Source: Candidatus Latescibacterota bacterium (GTDB taxonomy: Bacteria > Latescibacterota > UBA2968 > UBA8231). Taken from it: a stretch of 64,000 bases of DNA. The DNA lies in contig CBDETK010000013.1 in the NCBI GenBank assembly GCA_965242865.1, positions 4,480,001 to 4,544,000 on the forward strand, written 5' to 3'. A program made the translations under genes and the position numbers. Below the pieces are notes generated by a model. The model saw nothing but the letters and a program-made list of their open reading frames with translations. It was not told the DNA's origin and did no database searches. Shown in pieces: positions 46,930 through 56,899 of the stretch. Each line of letters starts with the position of its first letter. Position 1 is the stretch's first letter.

Positions 46930-48567
46930 ATGACCCCATCATACCGCGACGCCCTAGAACACATCCGCCGCGCCTTCCCTCAGCCAGTATCCGACCCCAT
47001 CCACGATTCGTATTTCGTCCATTCCATCATGCGCGCCCTAGACCAAGTCGATGCGCTGAAAACCCACTTGCCCACGCTCGGCCCGGTCGTCTCGGGCGAC
47101 TTTGCTGAAGCGCGAAATGCCGAGCTTCCCGCTGAGATGTCTTCGGTCGAGGCGGTCACCGCAGAGTTGGTGGATTATTTGCGCGGCACAAACATCTCCA
47201 GCCATCCCGAGAACCAACAAAACGTCATCCCGCCCCCGACCATTCCCAGCCTCATCGGCGTCCTCCTCGCCTCGCTGCACAACTCCAACATCGTTTGGGA
47301 CGAATTCAGCCGCCTCGTCGCCTTGGCCGAAGTCGAAGCGGTCAGCATGACCGCCCGGTTGGTTGGCTACGACCCCCACCAAGCCAGCGGCACCTTCACT
47401 TTTGGCGGGACCGGAACCACGCTCTATGGAGTAAAGATCGGCTTGGAAAAAGCCTGTCCGCAGGCCATGCAAACGGGCGTCTCCGACGACGTGGTCGTAT
47501 TCGTATCCGACGCCGGGCACTACTGCGCCCACAACATCGTCGGGTGGCTCGGCATCGGCACCGATCAGCTAATCACCGTTCCGACGATTGCTGAAAACGA
47601 AATGGACCTCGCCCAGCTAGCGGATGCCGCGCGAACGGCCTTAGACCGCGGCAAACAGATCGCCGCCATAATTGCGACCATGGGGACTACGGATGCGTTC
47701 GGATTGGACGACCTGCCGGCGATTGTGGCCTTGCGCGACTCGCTAGTGGACGAGTTCCAACTGTCCTATCGCCCCCACATCCACGCGGACGCGGTCATCG
47801 GCTGGGCGTGGTCGGTCTTCAACGAATACGACTTTGAGGACAACCCCCTAGCGTTTCGACCGCGAACCCTCCGCGCACTCGCCGGCGTGTGCCGACGCAT
47901 TCGCCATCTGGCGTTGGCCGATTCCATGGGCATCGACTTCCACAAGACCGGCTTTGCCCCGTATATCTCCAGCCTCGTCCTCGTCAAAGAGCGGGCGGAT
48001 TTGCAACTCCTAATGCGCGACCCGCGACAGATGCCATACCTCTATCACTTTGGCGACCATCGCCCCGGCATGTACACCCTCGAAACGTCCAGAGCCGGCA
48101 CCGGCCCGCTGGCCGCGCTGGCCAATTTTCGCTTCTTAGGCAAGCAAGGGTTGCGCGTCGCCCTCGGGCACCTCGTCGAGATGACCCAGCTTTTGCGCGA
48201 GCACCTCGAAGGACACGAAGCCATCACCGTGCTCAACCGAGACAACTTTGGCGCGGTAACGCTCTTCCGCGTATATCCTCCCGACGTGGATACTTTTGCG
48301 ATCAAACGCCAAGAATTTGACGACCCGGCCTATCGAGAAACGCTGCTCGCCCACAACGACTACAACCGAAAAATTTTCGACTACGTCCACGCCGAGGCCA
48401 TGGCCGGCCGCGGAGTCGTCATTTCCTCAACCGACTGCTACCGCCACACCCAATACCAAGAACCCATTGTCGCGCTAAAATCCTTTATCGTGTCGCCGTT
48501 CGTAGATGCAGGAGATGTGGAAGTCGTAGTCGCAAAAGTCTTGGAAGCGAGAGAAAAATTCGTCTGA
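46930..48567 (+). CDS. group II PLP-dependent decarboxylase
   Basis: TFGGTG, ATMGTTDAFGLD, HIHADAVIG, DSMGIDFHK. Confidence 0.9.
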   Translation: MTPSYRDALEHIRRAFPQPVSDPIHDSYFVHSIMRALDQVDALKTHLPTLGPVVSGDFAEARNAELPAEMSSVEAVTAELVDYLRGTNISSHPENQQNVIPPPTIPSLIGVLLASLHNSNIVWDEFSRLVALAEVEAVSMTARLVGYDPHQASGTFTFGGTGTTLYGVKIGLEKACPQAMQTGVSDDVVVFVSDAGHYCAHNIVGWLGIGTDQLITVPTIAENEMDLAQLADAARTALDRGKQIAAIIATMGTTDAFGLDDLPAIVALRDSLVDEFQLSYRPHIHADAVIGWAWSVFNEYDFEDNPLAFRPRTLRALAGVCRRIRHLALADSMGIDFHKTGFAPYISSLVLVKERADLQLLMRDPRQMPYLYHFGDHRPGMYTLETSRAGTGPLAALANFRFLGKQGLRVALGHLVEMTQLLREHLEGHEAITVLNRDNFGAVTLFRVYPPDVDTFAIKRQEFDDPAYRETLLAHNDYNRKIFDYVHAEAMAGRGVVISSTDCYRHTQYQEPIVALKSFIVSPFVDAGDVEVVVAKVLEAREKFV

Positions 48568-48615
48568 AGTCGCCGCTACTGCTTCTGTGTCTTTACCGCG
48601 GGGGTGTCGAGAGGA

Positions 48616-48631
48616 TATAGCAGTCCTAAAT
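48616..48631 (+). mobile_element. solo IS630-type terminal repeat
   Basis: TATAGCAGTCCTAAAT matches the TIRs at 24569 and 24917 with two mismatches each. Confidence 0.55.
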
Positions 48632-48680
48632 GACTCGAAAGCATGGAATGTTGATCGGCACGGTCTTTTTGCATAGAGTC

Positions 48681-48712
48681 GTCATTCCCGCGAACGCGGG
48701 AATCCAGTCTTG
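48681..48712 (+). repeat. dRS3-like palindromic repeat (ATTCCC-N8-GGGAAT), copy 1
   Basis: GTCATTCCCGCGAACGCGGGAATCCAGTCTTG; a second copy is at 54238. Confidence 0.85.
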
Positions 48713-48750
48713 GCGGTCCGTGAGTTTCTGAATCAATTGGAGATTAAACA

Positions 48751-49083
48751 ATGAAGCCTATGCGCTACAAGGGATATTCGGCCCGGATTGAATACAGCGA
48801 CGAAGACGGATGCTTCGTCGGTCGCGTGGCTGGTATCCGCGACATACTTACGTTCCACGGCGAGAGCGTGGCTGAAGTTCGGCAGGCGTTCGAGGAGGCA
48901 TTGGATTTCTACTTGGAAACCTGTGCCAAACGCGGCGAGACGCCGAATAAACCCTACTCGGGCAAACTCCTGTTGCGCGTCGCCCCCGAAGTACACGCTG
49001 CGGTAGCCACCGCGGCAAAAGTCAGCGACCAGAGCATCAATCAATGGGCTGCCGAGCGGTTGTCAGAGGCCGTTGACGACTAA
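48751..49083 (+). CDS. hicB: HicB family antitoxin (hicA reduced to 3' remnant)
   Basis: MRYKGYSARIEYS...FHGESV...KPYSGKLLLRV...SINQW. The upstream AVREFLNQLEIKQ* overlaps the start (ATGA). Confidence 0.9.
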   Translation: MKPMRYKGYSARIEYSDEDGCFVGRVAGIRDILTFHGESVAEVRQAFEEALDFYLETCAKRGETPNKPYSGKLLLRVAPEVHAAVATAAKVSDQSINQWAAERLSEAVDD

Positions 49084-50453
49084 CTGGCTCGATTGCTTCT
49101 GTTTAGCGCGTCCCGGATTTCGCCGATGGCCTGTTCCAGCCGGTCTAGACGCCCGTTGATGTCTTGTACGTCCTCTTGAATTTTTGTCACAATCTCGACC
49201 TGCTCTTCAAGCTCCTCGACCTTCAAGGAATCCTCATCGCTGACGAGAATGCTCGTCAGCGTAGCCGTAAAAACACCCACCAAAACCATACCCGTAATCA
49301 CCAGAAACACGGTGAGGATTTTGCCCGACGCCGTCTGGGGATTGTGGATGTCGGCGTACCCGCCGGTGACCAGCGTCGTAAAGCTCCACCAAAGACTCTC
49401 CCAGAATCCCGAACCAGACTCCATGCGCTCCAAGCCCATGAAAATGCAGGCGCCAAACACGAGCGATAACAAGCCGTACAGCAGAGACCGCTTGAGCAGC
49501 CGCACGTCTAATGTGGTGCTCAAGTGATCCATGCCCCGCCAAAAAAAGAGCGCGATGCGGAACAACCTCAGCGCCCTTAAAATTCGCACGGCCCCCAGCA
49601 GACGGCCTAGGCGAACGACCCCCATATCGCCGGACGCGGCAATGACCTGCACTGGGGGAAGCGGAATGGACGTTATGAAGTCTATCCAATTGTTTTTCCA
49701 ATACCACTTTTTGGAATCGGCCAGCCGGTGCTCAAAGAAGAAGTTGGCCATGAAAATGGCACAGCATATCAAGTCTATGATCCAGAATATCCACAACGTG
49801 CCAACGGCAAAGTGGGGCACTATCTCCACAACGGGGTTCGCATAGTGCTCGCCGCCCTCGATAACCTCTACTTGCGGCGACAGTTTGCCACCGACGACCT
49901 GTCCCGAAATGAGCGCACCAGACCCAACCGCATCCGCTACGTGAATGTTCACCCGCTCATACCCTTCGCCCCCGTTCAGAACGACGATTCGATCTATCCG
50001 GCCCTCTACCACTTCGGCCTTTGCAACCGCACCGCGGCCGGTGGCCCCGACGCCGAGCAAGTCAACGACCAGAATTGCGACGAGAAAGAGAATGAGAAAA
50101 AAGATGAACAAGTCTTTGGCTCTCACCCAACCGACGCTCCCCAGTACCCTGGCTTGCTCGTCCATCAGATGTTTCTTTTGCCGCGCCTGCTCAATGACCC
50201 GGACCTTGTCCAACAACTTCTCTTTTTCGGCGTTCAACCTCGCAATCTGCGCTTCCGCTTTATCCAGATTCAGCTCGTATTGGCCGTGCCGTTTGCTCAA
50301 ACGGACCGTTTCCACCTTTTCGATCATTTCGTCGAGTTCTTTTTCTTGCTCGGCTAGCTGGCGGTCAATCCTATCAACCTCCTGCATTACCACCTCCTTC
50401 ATTTTGGTAATGCGTTCAAGCGAGCACGATTCCAGTCGCCTTGATAATGACAT
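49080..50453 (-). CDS. voltage-gated-type cation channel (6TM/ion transport family)
   Basis: NWIDFITSIP, S4 RLGRLLGAVRILRALRLFR, pore WWSFTTLVTGGYAD, C-terminal coiled coil. Confidence 0.85.
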   Translation of the reverse strand: MSLSRRLESCSLERITKMKEVVMQEVDRIDRQLAEQEKELDEMIEKVETVRLSKRHGQYELNLDKAEAQIARLNAEKEKLLDKVRVIEQARQKKHLMDEQARVLGSVGWVRAKDLFIFFLILFLVAILVVDLLGVGATGRGAVAKAEVVEGRIDRIVVLNGGEGYERVNIHVADAVGSGALISGQVVGGKLSPQVEVIEGGEHYANPVVEIVPHFAVGTLWIFWIIDLICCAIFMANFFFEHRLADSKKWYWKNNWIDFITSIPLPPVQVIAASGDMGVVRLGRLLGAVRILRALRLFRIALFFWRGMDHLSTTLDVRLLKRSLLYGLLSLVFGACIFMGLERMESGSGFWESLWWSFTTLVTGGYADIHNPQTASGKILTVFLVITGMVLVGVFTATLTSILVSDEDSLKVEELEEQVEIVTKIQEDVQDINGRLDRLEQAIGEIRDALNRSNRAS

Positions 50454-50492
50454 AGTACGTCGTCCTGTATGGTTGCGGGTTCTCGATCCCTC

Positions 50493-52166
50493 TCAGAACA
50501 ACCCCTTGATCTGTCCTGCGTCGTCGAGGTCAATTGACTCGGCTGAAGGCTTCTTAGGTAAGCCGGGCATCGTCATAATATCGCCGGTCAGCACCACCAC
50601 AAAGCCGGCCCCGGCCGAGACCTTGACGTCGCGGATCGGCACGTCAAAGCCGCGCGGTCGCCCCTTGAGCGCAGGATTGGCCGATAGCGAGTACTGGGTC
50701 TTGGCGATGCAGACGGGCAAGCGGCCGTAGCCTTCGTCCTCCAGCCGCCTGAACTTGCGCCGCAGGACCTTGTCCCCGGTGATGTCGTCGGCTCCGTAGA
50801 TCGCTTGGGCGACGGTGCGGACCTTGTCCCAAAGCCGCATGTCGTCTGGATAGAGCAGCTTGAAGTGGCTCGGCGCGTTTTCGGCTACCTGCACCACGGT
50901 GCGGGCGAGGTCTTCGGCCCCAGCACCGCCGCGGGCGTGGTGATCCGCGGGCACGACCTCAACCCCGAGGGGAGCGCACTTGTCGCGGATGCACTGGACC
51001 TCGGCGTCGGTATCCGCGGCAAAAACGTTGACCGCGACGACGACGGGCAGGCCGAAGAGGCGGATGTTTTCGATGTGCTTCTCGAGGTTTTCGACGCCCC
51101 GGACAACCGCCTCGACATTGGGTTTGGCAATGCTTTTGAGCGGGGTGCCGCCGTGAAATTTGAGGGCGCGCACCGTGGCGACTACCACCACGAGATCGGG
51201 CACTAGGCCGTGCTGGCGGCACTTGATGTTGACGAACTTCTCGGCCCCCAAGTCTGCGCCAAAGCCGGCCTCGGTGACGGTGTATTCGGAGAGCCGCATA
51301 CTCAGGCGGGTGGCGGCAATGGAGTTGCAGCCGTGCGCGATATTGGCAAAAGGGCCGCCGTGGACTAACGCCGGGTTGCCCTCCAAGGTCTGCACCACGT
51401 TGGGTTGACAGGCGTCCTTGAGCAGCACCGCCATGGCACCGTGGACCCCTAGGTCCGCAGCGCGCATGGTCTCGCGGGCGCGAGTTTGGGCAACGACGAT
51501 TCGGCCCAGCCGTTCTCTGAGCTCGGCCCGCGATTCGGACAGGCAGAGAATGGCCATGACCTCCGAGGCGACGGCAATGTCAAACCCCGACTGGCGCGGC
51601 AAGGAGTTGGCCGTCCCCCCTAGTCCAACGACAATGTCGCGCAAGGCCCGGTCGTTTATGTCGAGGACGCGGTTCCAGACGATGCGGCGGGGATCAATGC
51701 GGCGCGCATTGCCGTGGTGCATGTAATTGTCGAGGGCCGCGGCGAGTAGGTTGTGGGCGGCAGAGACCGCGTGGATGTCGCCGGTAAAGTGCAAGTTGAT
51801 GTCCTCCATCGGCGCGACCTGAGCGTACCCACCGCCCGCGCCCCCGCCCTTTAGGCCGAAGCAAGGCCCCAGCGAAGGTTCCCGCAAGCAGACGGTGGTG
51901 CGCTTGCCAATGCGATTGAGCGCGTCGCCCAAGCCGATGGTGGTGGTCGTTTTGCCCTCGCCGGCTGGAGTCGGGTTGATGGCCGAGACGAGGATCAGCT
52001 TGCCGGCAGCAGGTGCGTTTTCGCACGGCTGGCAGAAATCCGGCGCGATCTTGGCCTTGACGCGGCCATAGTGTTCGAGGTGTTCGGCACCGATCCCGAG
52101 CTGGGCGGCCACATCGTCAATGGGGCGGAGCGAGGTTTGACGAGCGATTTCAATATCCGGTAACAA
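50493..52166 (-). CDS. fhs: formate--tetrahydrofolate ligase
   Basis: [45 protein letters not shown] start follows AGGAG. Confidence 0.97.
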   Translation of the reverse strand: MLPDIEIARQTSLRPIDDVAAQLGIGAEHLEHYGRVKAKIAPDFCQPCENAPAAGKLILVSAINPTPAGEGKTTTTIGLGDALNRIGKRTTVCLREPSLGPCFGLKGGGAGGGYAQVAPMEDINLHFTGDIHAVSAAHNLLAAALDNYMHHGNARRIDPRRIVWNRVLDINDRALRDIVVGLGGTANSLPRQSGFDIAVASEVMAILCLSESRAELRERLGRIVVAQTRARETMRAADLGVHGAMAVLLKDACQPNVVQTLEGNPALVHGGPFANIAHGCNSIAATRLSMRLSEYTVTEAGFGADLGAEKFVNIKCRQHGLVPDLVVVVATVRALKFHGGTPLKSIAKPNVEAVVRGVENLEKHIENIRLFGLPVVVAVNVFAADTDAEVQCIRDKCAPLGVEVVPADHHARGGAGAEDLARTVVQVAENAPSHFKLLYPDDMRLWDKVRTVAQAIYGADDITGDKVLRRKFRRLEDEGYGRLPVCIAKTQYSLSANPALKGRPRGFDVPIRDVKVSAGAGFVVVLTGDIMTMPGLPKKPSAESIDLDDAGQIKGLF

Positions 52167-52194
52167 AGTGAACTCCTGATTTGAATGAATTGGT

Positions 52195-53013
52195 TTATAC
52201 GCCGCAAAACGCGGAAAAGCCGCCGTCAATGGGCACGATGGCCCCGGTGACAAACGCGGCGGTGTCCGAAAAGAGCCACAGGGCCGCGCCGACGACTTCA
52301 CGCGGGTCGCCAAAGCGGGCCATGGGGACGTTTTTGAGGATCGTCTGGCCGCGGTCGGTCAGTTCGCCGCTCGTTTCGTCGAGGAGCAGGAAGCGGTTTT
52401 GCGCGGTGATCATAAAGCCGGGGGCCACGGCATTGACGCGGATTTTGGGGGCATAGGTCGCGGCCAGATGCACGGCGAGCCAGCGGGTGAAGCTATCGGC
52501 GGCCGCCTTGCCGTTGGAATACGCCAAAGCCCGCGACAGCGGCAGCCCGCCGCCAATGGAGGTGATGTTGACGACCGCGCCCGCGCCGTTGGCAGCGAAG
52601 ACGCGACCCACGGCCTGCGAGGGCAGGACGGCACTTAGATAGTTGAGGTCCATCACCATCTTGACCGCCTCTGGATCAATGTCGAAGAATTCAAGGTCCG
52701 GGGAGGTGGTGGTATCCTTGTGGCTGCCGCCCGCGCCGTTGAGCAGAAAGTCAACCGTGCCAAAGCACTCAATCGTCTCGGCGAGCGCGGCCTCAACGCT
52801 GTCTTTGTTGACGACGTTGCACTCGACCGGGAGGGCCTTGTTGGGGAAATCGCGGTTGATCGCGTCGGCCTTGGCGCGGGCCGCTTCTGGCGCGATGTCC
52901 CAGATCGCCACTTCTGCGCCCGCTCGGGCAAGGCCACGGGCGATCTCGCCGCCAATGGCCCCGCCGGCCCCGGTCGCTACGGCCTTTTTGCCGCGAAAGT
53001 CAAAGGTAGTCAA
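52195..53013 (-). CDS. SDR family oxidoreductase (D-mannonate oxidoreductase-like)
   Basis: [34 protein letters not shown]. Confidence 0.9.
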   Translation of the reverse strand: MTTFDFRGKKAVATGAGGAIGGEIARGLARAGAEVAIWDIAPEAARAKADAINRDFPNKALPVECNVVNKDSVEAALAETIECFGTVDFLLNGAGGSHKDTTTSPDLEFFDIDPEAVKMVMDLNYLSAVLPSQAVGRVFAANGAGAVVNITSIGGGLPLSRALAYSNGKAAADSFTRWLAVHLAATYAPKIRVNAVAPGFMITAQNRFLLLDETSGELTDRGQTILKNVPMARFGDPREVVGAALWLFSDTAAFVTGAIVPIDGGFSAFCGV

Positions 53014-53099
53014 GGGGATGCCTCTCCTTTTGTAAAATCAGAAACTTATTCTATTTAATCGGCCCCCTTTTTGCAATTTCACCTCAGAGGAGACGCAAC

Positions 53100-54182
53100 A
53101 TGGCACAACCGTTGGGCACAGCGTACAAACAGATCGCGGCGACGAGGCCGCGGGGAACGTATCGCGGGGCAGTGGTCGGCTGCGGGCGGATGGGCAGCAC
53201 CATCGACGACGAGCACATTGGGATGCCGCACTATCCTTGGCCGTGGGCACACGCTCCGGCCATGATCGAAGCGCGGGGCATTGAGCTGGTCGGAGCGGCA
53301 GACGTGGACCGGGCCAAGTTGGACGACTTTGCCCGGCGCTGGGGCGTACAAGCCCTGTACGAAGACTACCGCGAGTTGGTCGCTCAAGAGCGGCCCGATG
53401 TGGTCGCGGTGACGACCCGACCCGACGAGCGGGCCGAAGTGGTCATCGGCCTAGCCGAGGCCGGGGTGCGGGCGATTTTTGCCACCAAGCCCATGTGCCG
53501 CACCTTGGCCGAGGCCGATGCCATGATCGCGGCCTGCAAGGCGAGCGGGACTATTCTTTCCATGGCCTGTCATCTCAACTGGTATAGCTGGTACACTCAG
53601 GCGCGTCAGGCCATGGCCGAAGGGGCGATTGGCCGGTTGCGCTCCATGGTCTGCCACAGCCCGCACAGCCTGTCGAATCTGCAAAGCCATACGCTGGCCC
53701 TGTTTCGGCTGTTTGCCGGCGCACCGGCTGAATGGGTGGTGGGCGAGATGGACGACGACGCGCAGGCCGCGGCCGACCGGGATTTGTCCGGCTCGGGCTA
53801 CATTGCCTACGCCAATGGGGTGCGCGGCTTGCTGAACTCCCGCGCCGACCGCTCGGGGCATGGGTGGCGTCTGGAGTTTATCGGCGAGCGCGGGATGATC
53901 GTCTCGCGCAACGCCCACGCGCAATTCGAGCTGTGGGGAGCGCATCCAGCGACCGGCGAGCCGATCCAGCGGCCATTCCCCAACCCGTGGCACCCGCGCT
54001 CGTCCATGGTCGACGCGATTGAAGGCGTCTGTCGGGCGATTGAGGAGGGGGAAGAGCGGATTTGCCCGGGGGAATTTGGGCGCGAAGCCTTGGAGATCGC
54101 CATTGGCTTGCGCGAGTCGCATCGGCAGGGCAACGGGCGAGTGGAACTGCCGCTGGCGAATCGGGCGTTGCGGATGGGCTAA
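53100..54182 (+). CDS. Gfo/Idh/MocA family oxidoreductase
   Basis: VVGCGRMG, PDVVAVTT, ATKPMC. Confidence 0.88.
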   Translation: MAQPLGTAYKQIAATRPRGTYRGAVVGCGRMGSTIDDEHIGMPHYPWPWAHAPAMIEARGIELVGAADVDRAKLDDFARRWGVQALYEDYRELVAQERPDVVAVTTRPDERAEVVIGLAEAGVRAIFATKPMCRTLAEADAMIAACKASGTILSMACHLNWYSWYTQARQAMAEGAIGRLRSMVCHSPHSLSNLQSHTLALFRLFAGAPAEWVVGEMDDDAQAAADRDLSGSGYIAYANGVRGLLNSRADRSGHGWRLEFIGERGMIVSRNAHAQFELWGAHPATGEPIQRPFPNPWHPRSSMVDAIEGVCRAIEEGEERICPGEFGREALEIAIGLRESHRQGNGRVELPLANRALRMG

Positions 54183-54237
54183 GAAGCGTTCTTAACACTC
54201 GTGTTGCTTTTGGTGCCTCTTGCCTGACGCTCTAGGC

Positions 54238-54269
54238 GTCATTCCCGTGAAAACGGGAATCCAGTCTTG
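54238..54269 (+). repeat. dRS3-like palindromic repeat, copy 2
   Basis: GTCATTCCCGTGAAAACGGGAATCCAGTCTTG. Confidence 0.85.
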
Positions 54270-54355
54270 AAGAATGTAGGATTGGTGATAACCGCCAAGG
54301 CCCCCTGAAGGTCGGTGCTGCCAAGAGGGCTGGAAGTGGCCGGCACTATGTTCGT

Positions 54356-54994
54356 CTAAATGGGGCCTTCTTCGCGTCGCCCGGTGTGCCCGTTGGAGGA
54401 TGCCAAGCGATGGAGCTGACGCCCTGCCTTTAGCTGGGCAAAGTACTCGCAGAGCGCGTGTAGGCGGCCATTTTCGGTCGTCATTTCGAGCAGTTGCTGC
54501 CTAATTCCCAAGTCGAGGCCCTGGGCGATTTGAAAGGCGGTTTGCAGATCTCCCGCTTCGGCCCGGGTCCGGGTCCCTTCCTCGAGCTGCTTCACCAAGT
54601 CTTCTAAGGCCGCAACGGCCTCGGCCAAAAGCACGGGGTCCGTCGGCTCCTCAGCGTCATCTACGTACTCGACCCACGCCTCTAAGTAGGGCTTGTGCTC
54701 GTCAATGCGTGCGATGCGAAAGCGCCGCCCGCCGCGGACGATGATGTTGAGCCGGCCATCGTCGAACTCGTCGAGCACTCGGGCCAACAGCATGGCGCAG
54801 CCCACCTCGCCCTGCACCTCGCAGTCCTGCCCCAGAATCATGCCAATGGGCAAGATCTCGCCGCGCTCGTCAGCCGCCCGCACATCGGCGAGCATGCGCT
54901 GGTAGCGCGGCTCAAATATGTGCAGGGGCACGAGTTGGCCGGGAAAGACGACCACCGGCAGGGGAAAGAGCGGAATCGGATTGCGATCTAACAT
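54356..54994 (-). CDS. LON peptidase substrate-binding domain protein
   Basis: IPLFPLPVVVFPG...PLHIFEPRYQRM, DGRLNIIVRG. Confidence 0.9.
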   Translation of the reverse strand: MLDRNPIPLFPLPVVVFPGQLVPLHIFEPRYQRMLADVRAADERGEILPIGMILGQDCEVQGEVGCAMLLARVLDEFDDGRLNIIVRGGRRFRIARIDEHKPYLEAWVEYVDDAEEPTDPVLLAEAVAALEDLVKQLEEGTRTRAEAGDLQTAFQIAQGLDLGIRQQLLEMTTENGRLHALCEYFAQLKAGRQLHRLASSNGHTGRREEGPI

Positions 54995-55061
54995 GGCATT
55001 GCCCAGAGCAAATTAAACCGCCGATACCAGCGAGGGCAAGCGACGCCCCGGCTTTTCGCCC

Positions 55062-55967
55062 TTACTGCAACGCTTCCTGCAATCGCGCAAACAGGCGGTC
55101 TAGTTCGGTGCGCGTTTCCGCATCGAGGACGTAGCTCAGGGGGCCGCGGTGAACTTGGTTGGGAAAGAGGCCGCGCTTGTGCATTAGGTAGCGCTCGATC
55201 ACGATGAAGCCGTCCAAGCCCCCTTGGATTTGCACCGTACACAAGGCGCATATCGGGAAGTAAATCCGGTACGCACGCGCTTCGTCGCCGGCGGCGAGGG
55301 CGCGCCACAACGCGACCGTGCCGTCGAGCAGCTCGACGCCGGGAATGGTCCCGCGAATGCCGCGGCGGAAGGAGTCGATCAGCAGCAAGCCGCCGCTGCC
55401 TTCAAAGATGCCGGCCCGCCCCTCGGTGTGGTCGCGCAGGGCCGAGATGCAAGGCCCCAACGGCGTGGCCTCGGGTTTGAAGAGGACGCGGTCGCCGTAG
55501 TCGCGAAAGAGCGACGCTTGAAATTCAATGCTCATCGGGTTGCCGACGTACGAGCTGGCATCTTGGATCATGACCGGGATGGCCACCTCGGCGAGCAGGG
55601 CGGCAAAGTACGCGCGCAACTCGCTTTCGCTCAAGGAGCGAGAAATCGGCGGAATGGCCATGACCGCGGCCGCGCCGCCGTCTTCGGCCGCCCGGGCGTA
55701 GAGCCGGGCTTGGGCCGTGCCCTCGGCCCCGACGCCGATGATGACCGGGCCGCGCCCGCCGGCAAACTCCACCAACCGGGCCGGCAGCGCGAGCCGCTCG
55801 GCCGCGGTCAGGCGCAACAGGTCGGACACCAAGGCGAGGCAAAATCCGTGGGCCCCGGTTGCAAAAAGATAATCGACCTCGGCGCGTAATACGGCGTAGT
55901 CAATGGCGTGGTCGTCGGTGTACGGCATGTGGACGACCGGCAGAACGTCTTTGATTTGATAGGTCAT
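55062..55967 (-). CDS. dihydrodipicolinate synthase family protein
   Basis: TIM-barrel DHDPS-like pattern (LTAAER, VMAIPP, IQDA, FKPE). Confidence 0.85.
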   Translation of the reverse strand: MTYQIKDVLPVVHMPYTDDHAIDYAVLRAEVDYLFATGAHGFCLALVSDLLRLTAAERLALPARLVEFAGGRGPVIIGVGAEGTAQARLYARAAEDGGAAAVMAIPPISRSLSESELRAYFAALLAEVAIPVMIQDASSYVGNPMSIEFQASLFRDYGDRVLFKPEATPLGPCISALRDHTEGRAGIFEGSGGLLLIDSFRRGIRGTIPGVELLDGTVALWRALAAGDEARAYRIYFPICALCTVQIQGGLDGFIVIERYLMHKRGLFPNQVHRGPLSYVLDAETRTELDRLFARLQEALQ

Positions 55968-56818
55968 CGTGGTTGTCCTCGGCGCCCGCGGCGCAGGATG
56001 GCAAAGAGGTGCTCGGCCGTCTCGTCGTTGGCCGCGGCCAAGAAGTGCCCGAATTTGCGGCGCTGGGTATAGGCCGGGCGGCCGCGGTCCCCGGTGTAGC
56101 AACGCGCCCCGGCCTCTTCGGCAATGAGCGACGGCGGGCCGACGTCATAGACTTCGACTTGGCGCGTCAGATAAGCGCACAGCACCCCCTCGGCGATCTC
56201 GGTGAGGACCAAGGCCGCCCCAATCGGGCTTTCGCGCGGGGCCAACGCCGGGCGGGCGAGGGCCTGATAGGAGCGGGCCTTGGAGGAAATGAAGGCTTGG
56301 TTGGTGCGCGGCTTAGCGGGCAACTGCAGGCGGCGCGGGCGGCCATGGCCCACGCGCACGAACGCACCTTGCCCTTGGAGGGCGGTGAACATTTTGTCCT
56401 CGGAGGGCCGTGCGACCATCGCGGCGAGCATCAGGCCGTCGTGCGCTAAACCCAAAGAGATGTGATACGGAGCGTCGCCTCGCTTGAAGTGCAAGGTGCC
56501 GTCGATGGGATCGAGAATGACTGCGTAGGGCGAGGTATGGCCGGCAAAGCGCTTTTTGAGCGGGGTGCGCTCCTCGGCGATGCAGCGCACAAACGGGAAG
56601 TGCTGGAGCACAGCCGCGAGGAGGATGTCCTGCACGGCCGCGTCGAGGACCGTGAAGGCCGTGGAAGCGGCCTGCGCCTTGCGGCCGGTGAGACCCTGGT
56701 CCGCGGCCTTGCCAATGTCGGCGACTTGGCCGTAGAAAATCAGGGAGGCGCGGGCACACTGGTCGACGACCGGGAGCAGCGCGTCGATAAAGTCGTCGGG
56801 GGCGATGTGTTCGGCCAT
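55964..56818 (-). CDS. inositol monophosphatase family protein
   Basis: AEE, ILDPIDGTLHF, YDVGPPSLIAEEAG. Confidence 0.88.
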   Translation of the reverse strand: MAEHIAPDDFIDALLPVVDQCARASLIFYGQVADIGKAADQGLTGRKAQAASTAFTVLDAAVQDILLAAVLQHFPFVRCIAEERTPLKKRFAGHTSPYAVILDPIDGTLHFKRGDAPYHISLGLAHDGLMLAAMVARPSEDKMFTALQGQGAFVRVGHGRPRRLQLPAKPRTNQAFISSKARSYQALARPALAPRESPIGAALVLTEIAEGVLCAYLTRQVEVYDVGPPSLIAEEAGARCYTGDRGRPAYTQRRKFGHFLAAANDETAEHLFAILRRGRRGQPR

Positions 56819-56840
56819 AGGATTAAAAGGAAATAATAAA

Positions 56841-56873
56841 GCGCCCGGTTCCTCTCGCGAGGAAGCCGGGCGC
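56841..56873. terminator. hairpin downstream of Mo-hydroxylase gene
   Basis: GCGCCCGGTTCCTC...GAGGAAGCCGGGCGC next to an A-rich tract (U-tract on the minus strand). Confidence 0.6.
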
Positions 56874-56899
56874 GAGCGAGCGGGCGGCCCAACGGCTTT

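Noticed and set aside
48630-48680. MTRKHGMLIGTVFLHRV as a HicA N-terminus
   Set aside because: Its start lies within the IS630-type terminal repeat and the similarity is weak, so it is ambiguous.
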